Of a stretch of DNA of 59,504 nucleotides, positions 46,940 through 58,200 are shown in pieces. Under the pieces are notes generated by a model. The model was not told the DNA's origin. It saw nothing but the letters and a program-made list of their open reading frames with translations, and did not search any database. The translations under genes were made by a program, and so were the position numbers. Position 1 is the first letter of the stretch; the number at the start of each line of letters is the position of its first letter. Origin of the DNA: a virus (Duplodnaviria > Caudoviricetes); the IMG/VR virus record IMGVR_UViG_3300047157_000188, positions 1 to 59,504 of that record. One strand, given 5' to 3'.

Positions 46940-47580
46940 GAATCACTGCTAAATTATTAGAAAGCGATGCTGAGATAACCAGATCTATTATGTCTGGCTT
47001 GCGCAATCATTTAAATGCATCTATTGCTAAAGCTGTTCCTAAAATAGCTTCTGATATTAAAGTAGCGGTTAAAGAAGCCTTGATACAAGAACCAGAATAC
47101 ACCTCATTAACCTCTGGCACACTTAAAATAGAATTTGGTATACCAGACGCTTCTCAAGTTGGCGAAGTGGGTTGACGCTTTAGTAAATACTATACAGTTT
47201 TAAAACAAAATAAAATTATTGCCTCTAGCAGATCTCTATCTGGTGGGTTTACCTTAAACATGATGAAATCTGATGATTTGTCTGGTGTTATATATTCTAG
47301 TCCGGCTATTGTAGTAACGTCTAAAGGAGCAACATTACCATGGCTTGAATGGCTTTTACTTAAAGGTAATGCGCCCATTGTCAAAAAGTACGACGTAAAG
47401 TATACATCTAGTGGTAGGTCTAGATCCGGGCTTGGTGTAATGATACCTAGTGAGGGAGATTGGAGAGTTCCTCCTTTGTTCATAGGTAAAGAAGAAAATA
47501 ACTGGACTACTAGAGCAATTGACAGAACAGAATCTAAAATTTATGCAATTATTAAAAAACGTATAGAGGAAAGTTTATGA
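46936..47580 (+). CDS. Putative tail completion protein (frameshift near 47170)
   Basis: Joins ORFs 46822..47175 and 47260..47580; LPWLEWLL, SRSGLGVM, WRVPP. Confidence 0.55.
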
Positions 47581-48500
47581 GTAGCACATTCTTAAATACT
47601 AATAAAATAGGTCAAAGAGGCGCTATATCTAATCTAGAGGATAATCTTAAAAGATTTTTAGATTGGTCTTTTTTAAATGTTGATGGTTATGTGAATGTTA
47701 ATATACCTACTTCTGGACTTTATAGTAATGATTTTCATAAACTAAAACCGGTCTCAGATCCTTCACAAACAACAAAAGTGTGGGAATCTCCTAGAAAAGA
47801 CTGGGTTTACGAAACTGGTATTGGTTCGCCTGTAGAAATTAGTGGATTATATTTAAATAACACATTCTTACCTGCTCCTACAGGGAGTGGTAATTATGGC
47901 TATACAATAGACTACAGATTAGGTCGTATTAATTTTAATCGAGTAGTATCTAGTACAAGTAAAGTAGAGATGGGATATTCGTATAGATATGTACAAACAT
48001 ACAAAGCTAATGAATCTTCTTGGTGGAAAGAAGTACAGCAATATACATACAGTAATCCAGTAAAACCTAATGGGGATAATAGTATCACTGCTAATCACAG
48101 AATGCAACTTCCGTCTATTATGATAGAAACTATACCTAGAAATTTTCAAATTCCAGCAGAGCTTGGATCTTCAGATAACCATATAGTACAAGATGTCTTT
48201 CTACATATATTTGCTGAAAATCCAACAATTAGATCTAATTTAGTAGATATCTTAATACAACAAAAAGATAACTTCATAGCCCTGCATGATATTACTAAAA
48301 TAACTAAAGATGACAAAAATCCTTTAGATAAATATGGTCAAATTAATCCTAACGGTCAATATTATGGTCAAATTTATGGGGATTCTAATTACGTTCAAAA
48401 TCAATGTCATATTGTCAATAGTACTCTTTCTGAGATGAATAATTTAAGTAATAATTTATTCAATGCTATTGTTCGTTGGAGTCTACAAATTTTTAAATAA
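47577..48500 (+). CDS. Putative tail terminator protein
   Basis: Directly upstream of the tail tube; QLPSIMIE...ELGS...QDVFLHIFAEN. Confidence 0.55.
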   Translation: MSSTFLNTNKIGQRGAISNLEDNLKRFLDWSFLNVDGYVNVNIPTSGLYSNDFHKLKPVSDPSQTTKVWESPRKDWVYETGIGSPVEISGLYLNNTFLPAPTGSGNYGYTIDYRLGRINFNRVVSSTSKVEMGYSYRYVQTYKANESSWWKEVQQYTYSNPVKPNGDNSITANHRMQLPSIMIETIPRNFQIPAELGSSDNHIVQDVFLHIFAENPTIRSNLVDILIQQKDNFIALHDITKITKDDKNPLDKYGQINPNGQYYGQIYGDSNYVQNQCHIVNSTLSEMNNLSNNLFNAIVRWSLQIFK

Positions 48501-48510
48501 TACGATTATT

Positions 48511-48518
48511 GGTGTATA
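48511..48518 (+). promoter_or_regulatory. GGTGTAT late-promoter-like motif
   Basis: Intergenic GGTGTATA upstream of the tail tube gene. Confidence 0.5.
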
Positions 48519-48596
48519 CAAGTTATGTTACAAAAATTATATAATACCAACTAAAATATCTAAGTCTAATTTAAACCAACACCGGAGTCTTTTATT

Positions 48597-49721
48597 ATGG
48601 CAGCAATCAACAGAGTATATTTTGCTACACAAGCAGTAAATTTAAAACCACAGAATTCAGATGGAACATCGACTTTCTCCACTTTTTATTCGCCTAAAGG
48701 TGTACAAAGTGTTGGTATGACCACTAATTTCAATCTTGAACAGTTATTCCAATTAGGTCAGTTGGAAGTTTACGATCAACCAGAACAGACTCCTGACGTA
48801 GAAGTTACAGTCAGTAAGTTAATGGATGGTACGCCACCACTATATCTAATGTCTATGGGTGGTTCTGATGGTATTACTGGTGCTGTTGGTAAAACTTTAG
48901 CAAACTTAGGTAACAATAGAGTAAACTTTAGACTTGGTATTTTTGCTGATGATCATAGTAATGCTACTGGAGCACCTGATCATTACGTAGATTGCTCTGG
49001 TATGTACTTGTCTTCATTTACTTATACTTTTCCTGTAGACGGAACAGCTACAGAAGACATTACTCTTGTTGGAAATAATAAGTTATGGGGTAGTGGTGTA
49101 ACTGGAGCTCCTGGCTCAGCCCAGAATGATTTCGGATTCACTGGAAGTGGTAGTCCTGTTACTCCTATTCGTAGATTTAATATTGATTTCACTGAAACCG
49201 TATTGCCAACTGGTGATGGTGGTATTCGTGTACCACGTGATGCTTCCGGGCCCGGTGGCTTTAGAGATCCTAAGCGTCCTTATGTTCAAACTATTACTGT
49301 TAGTAGTGACCTTGGTCGTGAGCAGATTAACGAATTCGGTGCTTTTGCTCCTTATCATCGTTATATTAACTTCCCAGTTGAAGTAACTAGTGATTACGAA
49401 GTTGTCGCTAGTGATGGTGACCATATCGAAGCTAATGACTTTGCTAGTGTTGCTGGTAGTTGCGGTACAACATATACTAATGTTAGCAATAAGCCAGCTA
49501 GAATTACAGTTTGTACTACTGGTAGTGCCAAATGTCAGCTCGATTTAGGCAACAAGAACAAGCTATTAAGTGTTAACTATACTGGTGGTGATGCTACAGG
49601 CGGAAACGCTACAATCACTTACAGTTTTAGAAACTTTAACGACTTTGTTATGAATGCTAGTGGTAGCTGGGTTGACGCAGGTTTTGTAGATGCTACAGAC
49701 GATGCTGACCTAGAAGACTAG
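48597..49721 (+). CDS. Major tail tube protein
   Basis: KGVQSVGMTTNFNLEQLFQLGQLE; VQTITVSSDLGREQINEFG...RYINFPVEVT; position before chaperones and TMP. Confidence 0.75.
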   Translation: MAAINRVYFATQAVNLKPQNSDGTSTFSTFYSPKGVQSVGMTTNFNLEQLFQLGQLEVYDQPEQTPDVEVTVSKLMDGTPPLYLMSMGGSDGITGAVGKTLANLGNNRVNFRLGIFADDHSNATGAPDHYVDCSGMYLSSFTYTFPVDGTATEDITLVGNNKLWGSGVTGAPGSAQNDFGFTGSGSPVTPIRRFNIDFTETVLPTGDGGIRVPRDASGPGGFRDPKRPYVQTITVSSDLGREQINEFGAFAPYHRYINFPVEVTSDYEVVASDGDHIEANDFASVAGSCGTTYTNVSNKPARITVCTTGSAKCQLDLGNKNKLLSVNYTGGDATGGNATITYSFRNFNDFVMNASGSWVDAGFVDATDDADLED

Positions 49722-49908
49722 TATAGATTAATTGTAGAAGCAGGATTGATAGACAGGACTAGGAATATGAATGAAAATGACCTATATAGTATTATAGGTA
49801 GAATGTATGTGGATATCTCTAACACTCAAAAGGTGTTGGAGATGCTACATAACAAAATAGAAGAAAAAGATAAACTTATTTTGGAATTAGAAAAATCTAG
49901 GACGAAGG

Positions 49909-50955
49909 ATGACTGATGCTGATATTGAATTCTATATACACAGGATAATATCTGGTAATCTACTATTTACTTATAATGATAGTGAATACGAATTACATGC
50001 TCCGTCTTCTTTGATTAGATACAAAGCTAATTTATTGTACAGTAAAGTTATAGAACAAGAGAAGTATAATGATTGGTTTAGAGAAGAAAATTTAATACCT
50101 ATTATTATACACTTAGGATTATGGCCTAAAGATGCATTAGATATGATTAAAAAACTAGAAAAAAAAGTAGACGATCAAAAGTTAGAATTATATAAATCCA
50201 GAGACATGAAAAGTAGAGTACAGTTTGCTAGAAAAAATCTGCAGTTTAGTAAAAATCAATTAAACAAATTACTTTCAACAAAAAGTGACTTTTATAGTAA
50301 TACTCTAGAGGGTTATGCTTCTTCTATTAAAAATGAATATATTATCTCTAAAACTTTATATTCCGATAATCGTCTTGTTTTTAAAAACCAAGAACAAAGC
50401 GATAAATGTTCTTATCAAAAATTTATAAAGTTAGTTAATGTGATTAATAGTAATATTATAAATTACGAGACACATAAAGCTATTGCTAGAAGTGCTTTTT
50501 GGAGAGCATACTGGAACTGCAACAAGTCACAAGTATTTAAAGGTTGTGTTTCAGATTGGACTGATGAGCAAAGAACATTAGTTGGTGTTTCGCAAATGTA
50601 TGATAGTGTCTATGAACATCCAGAATCTCCTCCTGAAACTGTAATACAAGATTCCGATATGCTAGATGGATGGATGATTTATCAGAGAAGAAAAGTAGAA
50701 AGAGAAAAGAAACAACAAAATATAGATAGTCAAAATTCTAAACTAGCGAATGCTAGTGAAGTCTTTTTAATGGCTGGTGAGGATGGAATGAGCAAAGAAG
50801 ATATTTTAGACTTAAATGATGCTGGTGCCAGAAACAGAATGAAAGAAAAATTCAGTTATATTAATCAGCATGGACAGGTAACAGAAAGCGAGTTACCGGA
50901 AACAAAACGAGAGTTAATGAACCAACAAGCAGAACTTCTGAAAAGTAGGAAATGA
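49909..50955 (+). CDS. Hypothetical, tail assembly chaperone-like
   Basis: YDSVYEHPESPPETVIQDSDMLDGW; between tube and TMP. Confidence 0.5.
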   Translation: MTDADIEFYIHRIISGNLLFTYNDSEYELHAPSSLIRYKANLLYSKVIEQEKYNDWFREENLIPIIIHLGLWPKDALDMIKKLEKKVDDQKLELYKSRDMKSRVQFARKNLQFSKNQLNKLLSTKSDFYSNTLEGYASSIKNEYIISKTLYSDNRLVFKNQEQSDKCSYQKFIKLVNVINSNIINYETHKAIARSAFWRAYWNCNKSQVFKGCVSDWTDEQRTLVGVSQMYDSVYEHPESPPETVIQDSDMLDGWMIYQRRKVEREKKQQNIDSQNSKLANASEVFLMAGEDGMSKEDILDLNDAGARNRMKEKFSYINQHGQVTESELPETKRELMNQQAELLKSRK

Positions 50956-51248
50956 TTATGAGTAATCCCGATGTAGATCAATTAATAAAAAATTTAGAAA
51001 AAAAATTCCAAACAACTATGATTGGTTCTTTAGCCAGATTTGAAGAAGCATTTGCTTTTTTGTGGGAAGACGAGCATCCAGATAGATTAAAATTTGAAGA
51101 CAAGTGGGAATACACTAGAAACAATATATTGAATAACGGAAATAAACAACTTAGGGGTGCGATTAACGATATTTTAAAATTTTTAAATACTAAACAAGTG
51201 GATACCAAATATCACTATAAATTCTATTTTAATCAAGATGAAGACTAG
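50952..51248 (+). CDS. Hypothetical protein
   Basis: 98-aa ORF with ATGA overlap. Confidence 0.7.
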   Translation: MIMSNPDVDQLIKNLEKKFQTTMIGSLARFEEAFAFLWEDEHPDRLKFEDKWEYTRNNILNNGNKQLRGAINDILKFLNTKQVDTKYHYKFYFNQDED

Positions 51249-51256
51249 GAGAAACC

Positions 51257-52150
51257 ATGAAGACTAAGACTTTTACTATTAATGTAGACGATAAAGATAA
51301 AGAGTTTTTAATCCAAACACCTTCTTTAGAACAGCAAAGAGAAGCACAAAAGGTTTACAATCAAGCTTTCACCGATGCTATAAAGAGCAAAAGTGTAGTA
51401 CGAGCCAAGTTAGATGACCTGCTCAAAGACCAGGGGTTGTGGGATGATGAGAAGCAAGCACAATTCGATACACTACAGAGAGAGATCTCAGACGGCGAGA
51501 AAAGGCTGGCTAAAGGCGGTTTTGGTTTAAAAGAAGCCCGAACCCTAGCTGTTAAAATGAGACAATTAAGAGATGATATGAGGGATTTAATTAGTGTAAG
51601 AACTAGCTTGGATAACCATAGTGCAGAAGGACAAGCTGATAATGCTAGATTTAATTATTTAGTTAGTGTTTGTGTGGTGTATAATGATTCTAAACAGCCC
51701 TATTTTAGCAGTATGGAAGACTACCTTAACAGATCTACTGATCCAGTAGGTTTATTAGGTGCTCAGAATTTGGCCAATATGATGTATGGTTTGGATAATG
51801 ATTATGAACGTAATTTACCAGAAAATAAATTTTTACAAAAATATAAATTTATAGACAATGATTTACGTTATGTGGATAAACAGGGTAGACTAATTGATGC
51901 TGATGGAAGATTGATTAATGAAGAAGGAAGATATATTAATGATGATGGTAAGTTTGTAGATAAGTTTGGCAACTTAATCGATGATGAGGGAGATTACGTT
52001 GTTGAAAGCGAGCCGTTTTTAGATGATGAAGGCAATCCTGTAATTTTAGATGAAACACCACAAGAAGACAAAGACCAAGATGAAGAAGCAGAAGCATCAG
52101 AAAAACCTACCACTCCTAAGAGGAAAAAGACTGCCTCAACTAAATCCTAG
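51257..52150 (+). CDS. Putative tail assembly chaperone
   Basis: Precedes the TMP; HSAEGQADNARFNYLV; short repeats (VDKQGRLIDADGRLINEEGRYINDDG). Confidence 0.55.
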   Translation: MKTKTFTINVDDKDKEFLIQTPSLEQQREAQKVYNQAFTDAIKSKSVVRAKLDDLLKDQGLWDDEKQAQFDTLQREISDGEKRLAKGGFGLKEARTLAVKMRQLRDDMRDLISVRTSLDNHSAEGQADNARFNYLVSVCVVYNDSKQPYFSSMEDYLNRSTDPVGLLGAQNLANMMYGLDNDYERNLPENKFLQKYKFIDNDLRYVDKQGRLIDADGRLINEEGRYINDDGKFVDKFGNLIDDEGDYVVESEPFLDDEGNPVILDETPQEDKDQDEEAEASEKPTTPKRKKTASTKS

Positions 52151-52180
52151 TTTAGATCTTTGGTATTATATAATCTCTGA

Positions 52181-52217
52181 GAGTCCTCGTCTGTTATCGG
52201 ACGAGGATTTTCTATTT
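52181..52217 (+). terminator. Intrinsic terminator/attenuator before the tape measure gene
   Basis: GAGTCCTCGTCTG-TTAT-CGGACGAGGATTT then TCTATTT. Confidence 0.7.
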
Positions 52218-52232
52218 ACAAAGGTATTATAA

Positions 52233-55200
52233 ATGGCATCAGCATTTAATCTAACAGCTGAATTGAATTTACGTGGACCAACTAACGTTAGACAAGTTGT
52301 TTCACAGATCAGGAAACAGATAGGTACTATTGATGCTACTGTTAATGTCAAAGTCAATGCTAATACTACAAGAAATGTTACGCAACTCAATGCCTCTTTG
52401 GTTGCTTTAAATAAAAACTTAAAAAATGTTAAAGGTTCTGCTTCTGCCGCCGCTAGAGCTATGCAGCAATTTAGTCAGGCTGCTGGTGGTAGATCTGTTG
52501 GTCAAGCTTCTCAACAGATTAATCAGGTAACACAATCTTTATCGAATGTATCTAGTAGTACAGGTAATGCTGCTCGAAATTTAAAAGTTGCTACTTCTCA
52601 AATGGAAGAGTTTGGTAAACAATCAGCTTTAGCTGTTAGAAGATTTGCCGCTTTTAGTTTAGTTACAACAGGTATATATGCTTTAAACAATGCTTTAGTT
52701 CGTGGTATATCTTCTTTTATAGATTACAACAAAGAGATTATTAGATTACAGCAGGTTACTGGTGATGGAGCTAATGCTATAGGTAAGCTCGAAGCAAGAA
52801 TTAGTAATCTGGCAACTTCATTAGGTGTTAGTTCTAGTGAGTTAACTAAAATATCTGTTACTTTAGCACAGGCTGGTCTAAGGTCTCGTGAAGCTAGTCA
52901 AGCATTAGACGCATTGGCTAAAAGTGCCTTAGCTCCTACCTTCGATGACTTGAACAGAACGGTTGAAGGTAGTATTGCCTTAATGAGACAGTTCGGTATA
53001 GGTGCTGATCAACTAGAAAGTGCTCTTGGTAGTATTAATGCTGTTTCTGCTAAGTTTGCTGTTGAAGCCGGTGACATTATTGGTGCTGTTCAGCGTGCCG
53101 GTGGTGTGTTCGCTTCTTCTAGTAAGGGTGTTAGTCAAGGTATAGATGCATTACAAGAATTTATAGCAGTATTTACTAGTGTTCGTGCTACTACTCGTGA
53201 AAGCGCTGAAACTATTTCTACTGGTTTGAGAACTATTTTTACTAGACTGCAAAGAGAAAGCACTATTACAGCACTAAAAGAGTTTGGTGTTAATCTACAA
53301 GATACCGAAGGCAAATTTGTTGGTGTTTATAAAGCTGTTGAATTATTAAGTAAAGGACTAGGTGGTTTAGATCCTAGAGATATTAGATTTAGTAAAATTG
53401 TAGAAGAGTTGGGTGGTTTCCGTCAAATTGGAAAGGTAATTCCTTTACTACAACAGTTTACCACTGCTCAAAACGCTTTATCTGTCGCCCAGCGAGGACA
53501 AGGGTCACTAGCTAAAGACGCCGCTCTTGCTCAACTTAGTTTAGCTAATCAAATATCTAAAGTGCGTGAAGAATTTTTAAGTCTTGTTAGAGAGATTGGT
53601 GCCACAGATAGTTTTCAAGTTTTAGTAAAAGGAGCCCTTAGTGTTTCTAGTGCTATGATTAGCATTGCTGATAGTGTTAAAGGATTGATTCCTATACTTG
53701 GATCTGTGTTAGCGTTTAAAGGTATTGGAGCATTAGGTAATTTCGCCAAGGGTTTTGGTGGCGGATTACGAAGAAACGCAGCAGGAGGTGCTATACAAAA
53801 ATATGCTAGAGGTGGTGTGGTTGGAGGTTCCGGTAGTGGAGATACTGTACCCGCAATGCTTGAGCCCGGCGAATTTGTAATTAGGAAAAAAGCCGTACAA
53901 GCTGTTGGTATGCAAAATTTATCTCGAATGAATAGATATGCTCAAGGTGGAGTTGTTGATATTCCATCATCAAAGCCTTATGTTAAAAATGTAAGAACAA
54001 CTTTTGATAAAAAGAGAAATACTCTTATCTCAGAAGCTGTAGCATCAAGTCCTCCTTTGGTTCTTAATAGAAAAGACAAAGTACATGCTAATATCGAACG
54101 TGTGCAAATTGACCCTAACTCATTAGGTTTACCAAAAAGTAATAAAAATTTACAAGACTATAATAAAGCTTTCAATTCACAAGCTCATAAAGCTAGAGGA
54201 TTAGCTTTTGAACAAGTTTTGCTTGATTCTAAGAAAGTTGCTAAGCTCGCCGAAAGAGGTGTTGGTGGAGGAGGCGCTTCTACATCTAGACTAGATGGTA
54301 TGATTAGCAATATTGACTTTGCAGAGATAAAAAGCACACAAGAACAAGTTTCTACATCTCATTTACTAGATAAAGTAGCTGGCTCTATTTTTAGACCAAG
54401 AAGTGATATCGATCGTACTGCTTCAAGTGTAGCTTCTAAAAAAGCTTTATCTAATAAACCTGATACTCTGAGTATAGGTGATTTAACTGTTCTTGAAGAC
54501 GCTGGAAGATTAAAGCAATCTGGTAAAACATCTCGCACACAAGCAGAAATAGAAAAAAATGAACAAAAAAATCTCAGACGTAGCAAAAATTATTTTGGAG
54601 GTACTATCAGAAGATTTGCTACAGGTGGCAGTTCAGAAGACACAGTACCTGCATTACTAACTCCTGGTGAATTTGTAGTTAATAAAAAAGCTGCTAAGAG
54701 TTTAGGAGCAGCGAAACTGAATAATCTTAATCGTGCTGATAGAGTTAAAGGATATAATAAGGGTGGTTTTGTTGGCGTTCAAAAATTTAATACGGGTGGA
54801 GGAGTAGATCCTGAAATAGACAAATTTGCTACTCAATCTCTAAAGCAAGGATCAGCTACCGGTCCTAGTATTGATTTACAAAAATTAGAAAAAAGTATTA
54901 CAGGTATAGGTAAAGCAACTATACTAACAACAGGACGCTTACAAAAATACACTAGCACACTTTCTGTGAGTGGAGATTTATTAAATGATGTCTCTAATAG
55001 ATTAGGAAAGAATAATACTCAATTTGATTTATTAAGACAAAAGGCTAATGGAGCAGCTCTTTCTTTTGAACAAGTAGAGTCTGCTATTATGGGTGATATT
55101 CAGGCACTAAAAAGACAAGGTGCTTCTCTTATTGAAGTGCAACAGAAAGAAGATGCACTAGCTAGACTTAGAGATACTAAGAGTGCAGCTACAAATAGAT

Positions 55201-58200
55201 TAGTTGAGCAACGATCAGCAATACTATCAAACACTATTGTAAATAGCATTAAACGTGCTGGTGATAGAATTAGCTCTATACCTTTAGTTGGTGGTTTTGG
55301 TAAAAAATTAGCTAATGTAGGTAGAGGTATTTCTGGTCAGGCAGGATTTTTTGCTGGTAGTGCCATATCTATGTTAGGAGGAGCTGGAGAAAGTATTTTT
55401 GGGGATAGAGAAGGTTCGGAAGCAAACGCTCGAAATGTTACAGGTTTTGAGAGAGCAACTACTCAAGCAGGAACAGGTTTGGCTATTGCTGGTCAAGTTG
55501 CTATGATTCCTGGTATAGGTCCAGCTGCGGCTGGAGTAATCGCATTCGGTACTGCGATTTATGCTGCTGCTGATTTTGTTGGTGATTTTAGTGATGCTCA
55601 AGAAGAAGCTGCTAGAGAATTAAGAAAAGCTAAAGCTGGTGAAGATCTAGAGAAAGCCACCAAAGGTGTTAAGCGAGCACTGTCTAATTTTGAAGCAGAT
55701 ATCGATGATATTGGTTTAGAGTCTAGATTAATTGATGCTTTAGCGGCTCAAAATCCCGCATTAGCTGCCTCTGCCTCAACAAGTTTTGAAGAATTACTTA
55801 GTAAAACAAGAAACCAAGAACTCGAAAGTGGCACATTTGCAGAACGTGTAGGTAGATTTGTTACCCTTGGAATTGGTACATCACGAAGCAATACTTTAGG
55901 AGCTCCTGAACTTAAAGAGTTTGCCGCAACACAAGCTGCTGCTGCCAGAGAAAGCGCAGTTGCTGCACAACAAGTTATGCTAAAACAAATGAGAAGAGGA
56001 GAAGCTGTTGACTCTACCGTAGAAAAAACGATAGCAAGAACAGATCAGTCAGTACAGCTTCAAATGGCTATCGCTTATAATAAAGCTTTGGAAGAGGGCA
56101 AAAGTGAAACAGAAGCTCGTGCAGCAGGTGAAGCTGCGCTAACAAAAGCTATGGCAGAAGGAGGAATAGCTGCTGTTGAAGCTGCTCAGAATCAATCTGA
56201 TATGACGATCAAGATGGAAGAAGCAGCTAAAGCCACAATGAGGCTATCTTTCTCTCTTAATAAATTAACACAAACTGTGAGTGATGCTGTTAATAGATTT
56301 ATGTTCGAAACTGATCGGGCTAGAAATGCTAGATCCGTTAGAGCAGATAGACTTGATGGTAACGCTTCTATGCGAGATACTCGTTTTAGAGCTAATAATG
56401 TTTTAGAAAATCCTGGAGTATATAGTCGCAGAGATATTATAGATTCTGCTAGTTTTGCTAGTAGTTTTATTCCTGGTCGAGCTGGAAGATCAGCCCGTAA
56501 CACAGCTATAGCTGGTTCATTTATAGAAAGAAATCCAAATCTTACTGTTCAAAGCGCTATGGTTGGACAGGGGGATATAGGTGGTGATTTACTTGCTGAT
56601 AGGCTGAGGACCAGACAAGCCACTGCCTCTGCTAGAATCAGAAACCCGGAACAAAAACAAGTATTTGATGACATAATGACAACCGCAATTCAAGCGGGGC
56701 AAAGTGCAGCCGAAGCAAGCAGAGCACAACCTGGCTCCGACAAAGCATCCGAAAGACTAGCTTTTGAAGATGCTTTTAATAAATCTTTAAGAGAACAACA
56801 AGAAAAAGCCTCATCACCATTACTACAAATCTTGAATGCATTAGAAAAAGAATTAAATGCGTTTAGTAAAGAAGTACAAGCTAGTGGGAAAAGATTAGAA
56901 GAAGCTAGAAGATTTAGACAAAAAAGCTGATGATATTGGTACTGACTTTGAGTTAGAATTAAGAAAGGTAATGACCGGCGTTGATGCCAGCTTTGGTGAA
57001 ACAGCACTAATCTCTGCTCGTAGAACAGGTAGAGACACAGGAGGTCGAACAGATCCTTTTGCTATTTTAGAAAATATAGAAAGACTTAATAAAAAATCAG
57101 AAGACTTAGAGCTTAAAAGAGATAGGGCAGCAACTACCGATACCGATGCTTATGCTAAACATACTTTAGAACTAGATGAAAAACAATAGAGAATTAGCAC
57201 GTAATAAAGCAGCTTTAGAAAGACTCGCAGCTAGTGGAGAATTAGCAGCAGCTGCATTAAGAGACTTGTCTGAGATTAGAGCATTACAAGATCAAACTAT
57301 TAATCAAGCTAAAGGTATATTAACAAGAAGTCCTGAAGAAAACTTAAGAAACTTTAGAGCTGATCAGAGACTAGCACAATTTCAACAAACAGGCAGATTA
57401 GAAAGCAACACTCCTGAAGCCAGAGCAGCTGCTAGAGACGCTTTCCAAAGAAGTGGTGGTGACCCAAGACAAGCTAGATTAGCATTTGAAAATGTTAGAG
57501 CTCAACAAAGAGGAGAAATGTTTGATGCACTAGATCGTCAGCGTGCTTCTAGAGAATTAAATAAAAGAAATGAACGTGCTGATTTCATAATGGATAGAAG
57601 AGAAAAGTTAGGTATAAAAGATCGTCCATTAACAGCACAGGAAAGAGCAGACGAACAAAAGGCAGTTAAAAATGCTGAATTAACAGACGAACAAATACGT
57701 GAAGACTTCAACAAAGAACAAGCTGGCTTAATGAGACAAATGGGTGCTCAAATGGGATTAACCCCAGAAAATGCCCCAGAGTTCTTTAGGGCTATTAAAC
57801 GCTTAGAAGATCCTAGTACAGATTCTGCTGCAAGACTAGCTGAACAAGAAGCTAGAGACGCATCTGAAATGCAACGACAAGCTAACGAAGCTATGGCCCA
57901 ATTGAACGAAAATATGGCAAACCTTCCTGCTGTATTAGAAAGTCTTTCTACTTCTATAGCTAATTTAGAGGGGTATTTAGCATCACAAGGACAAGGACAG
58001 GGTCGACAGCCGGTTCAAAGTCGTCCAGCCCCAGGTAGCGGTCAACCAATAGTGGCAGCGGCAAGCGGTGGTGTTATCAAGCCTGTATATGCTCAACAAG
58101 GCACATATGTAAAATATGAACCTAAAGGTCCAGATAGAATTCCTGCTATGTTGGCAGATGGCGAGTATGTCTTAAAACAGGATGCTGTATCTCAAATTGG

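Noticed and set aside
49909-52150. Programmed -1 frameshift in tail chaperone genes
   Set aside because: No convincing slippery site with an overlapping downstream frame; each ORF has its own start.
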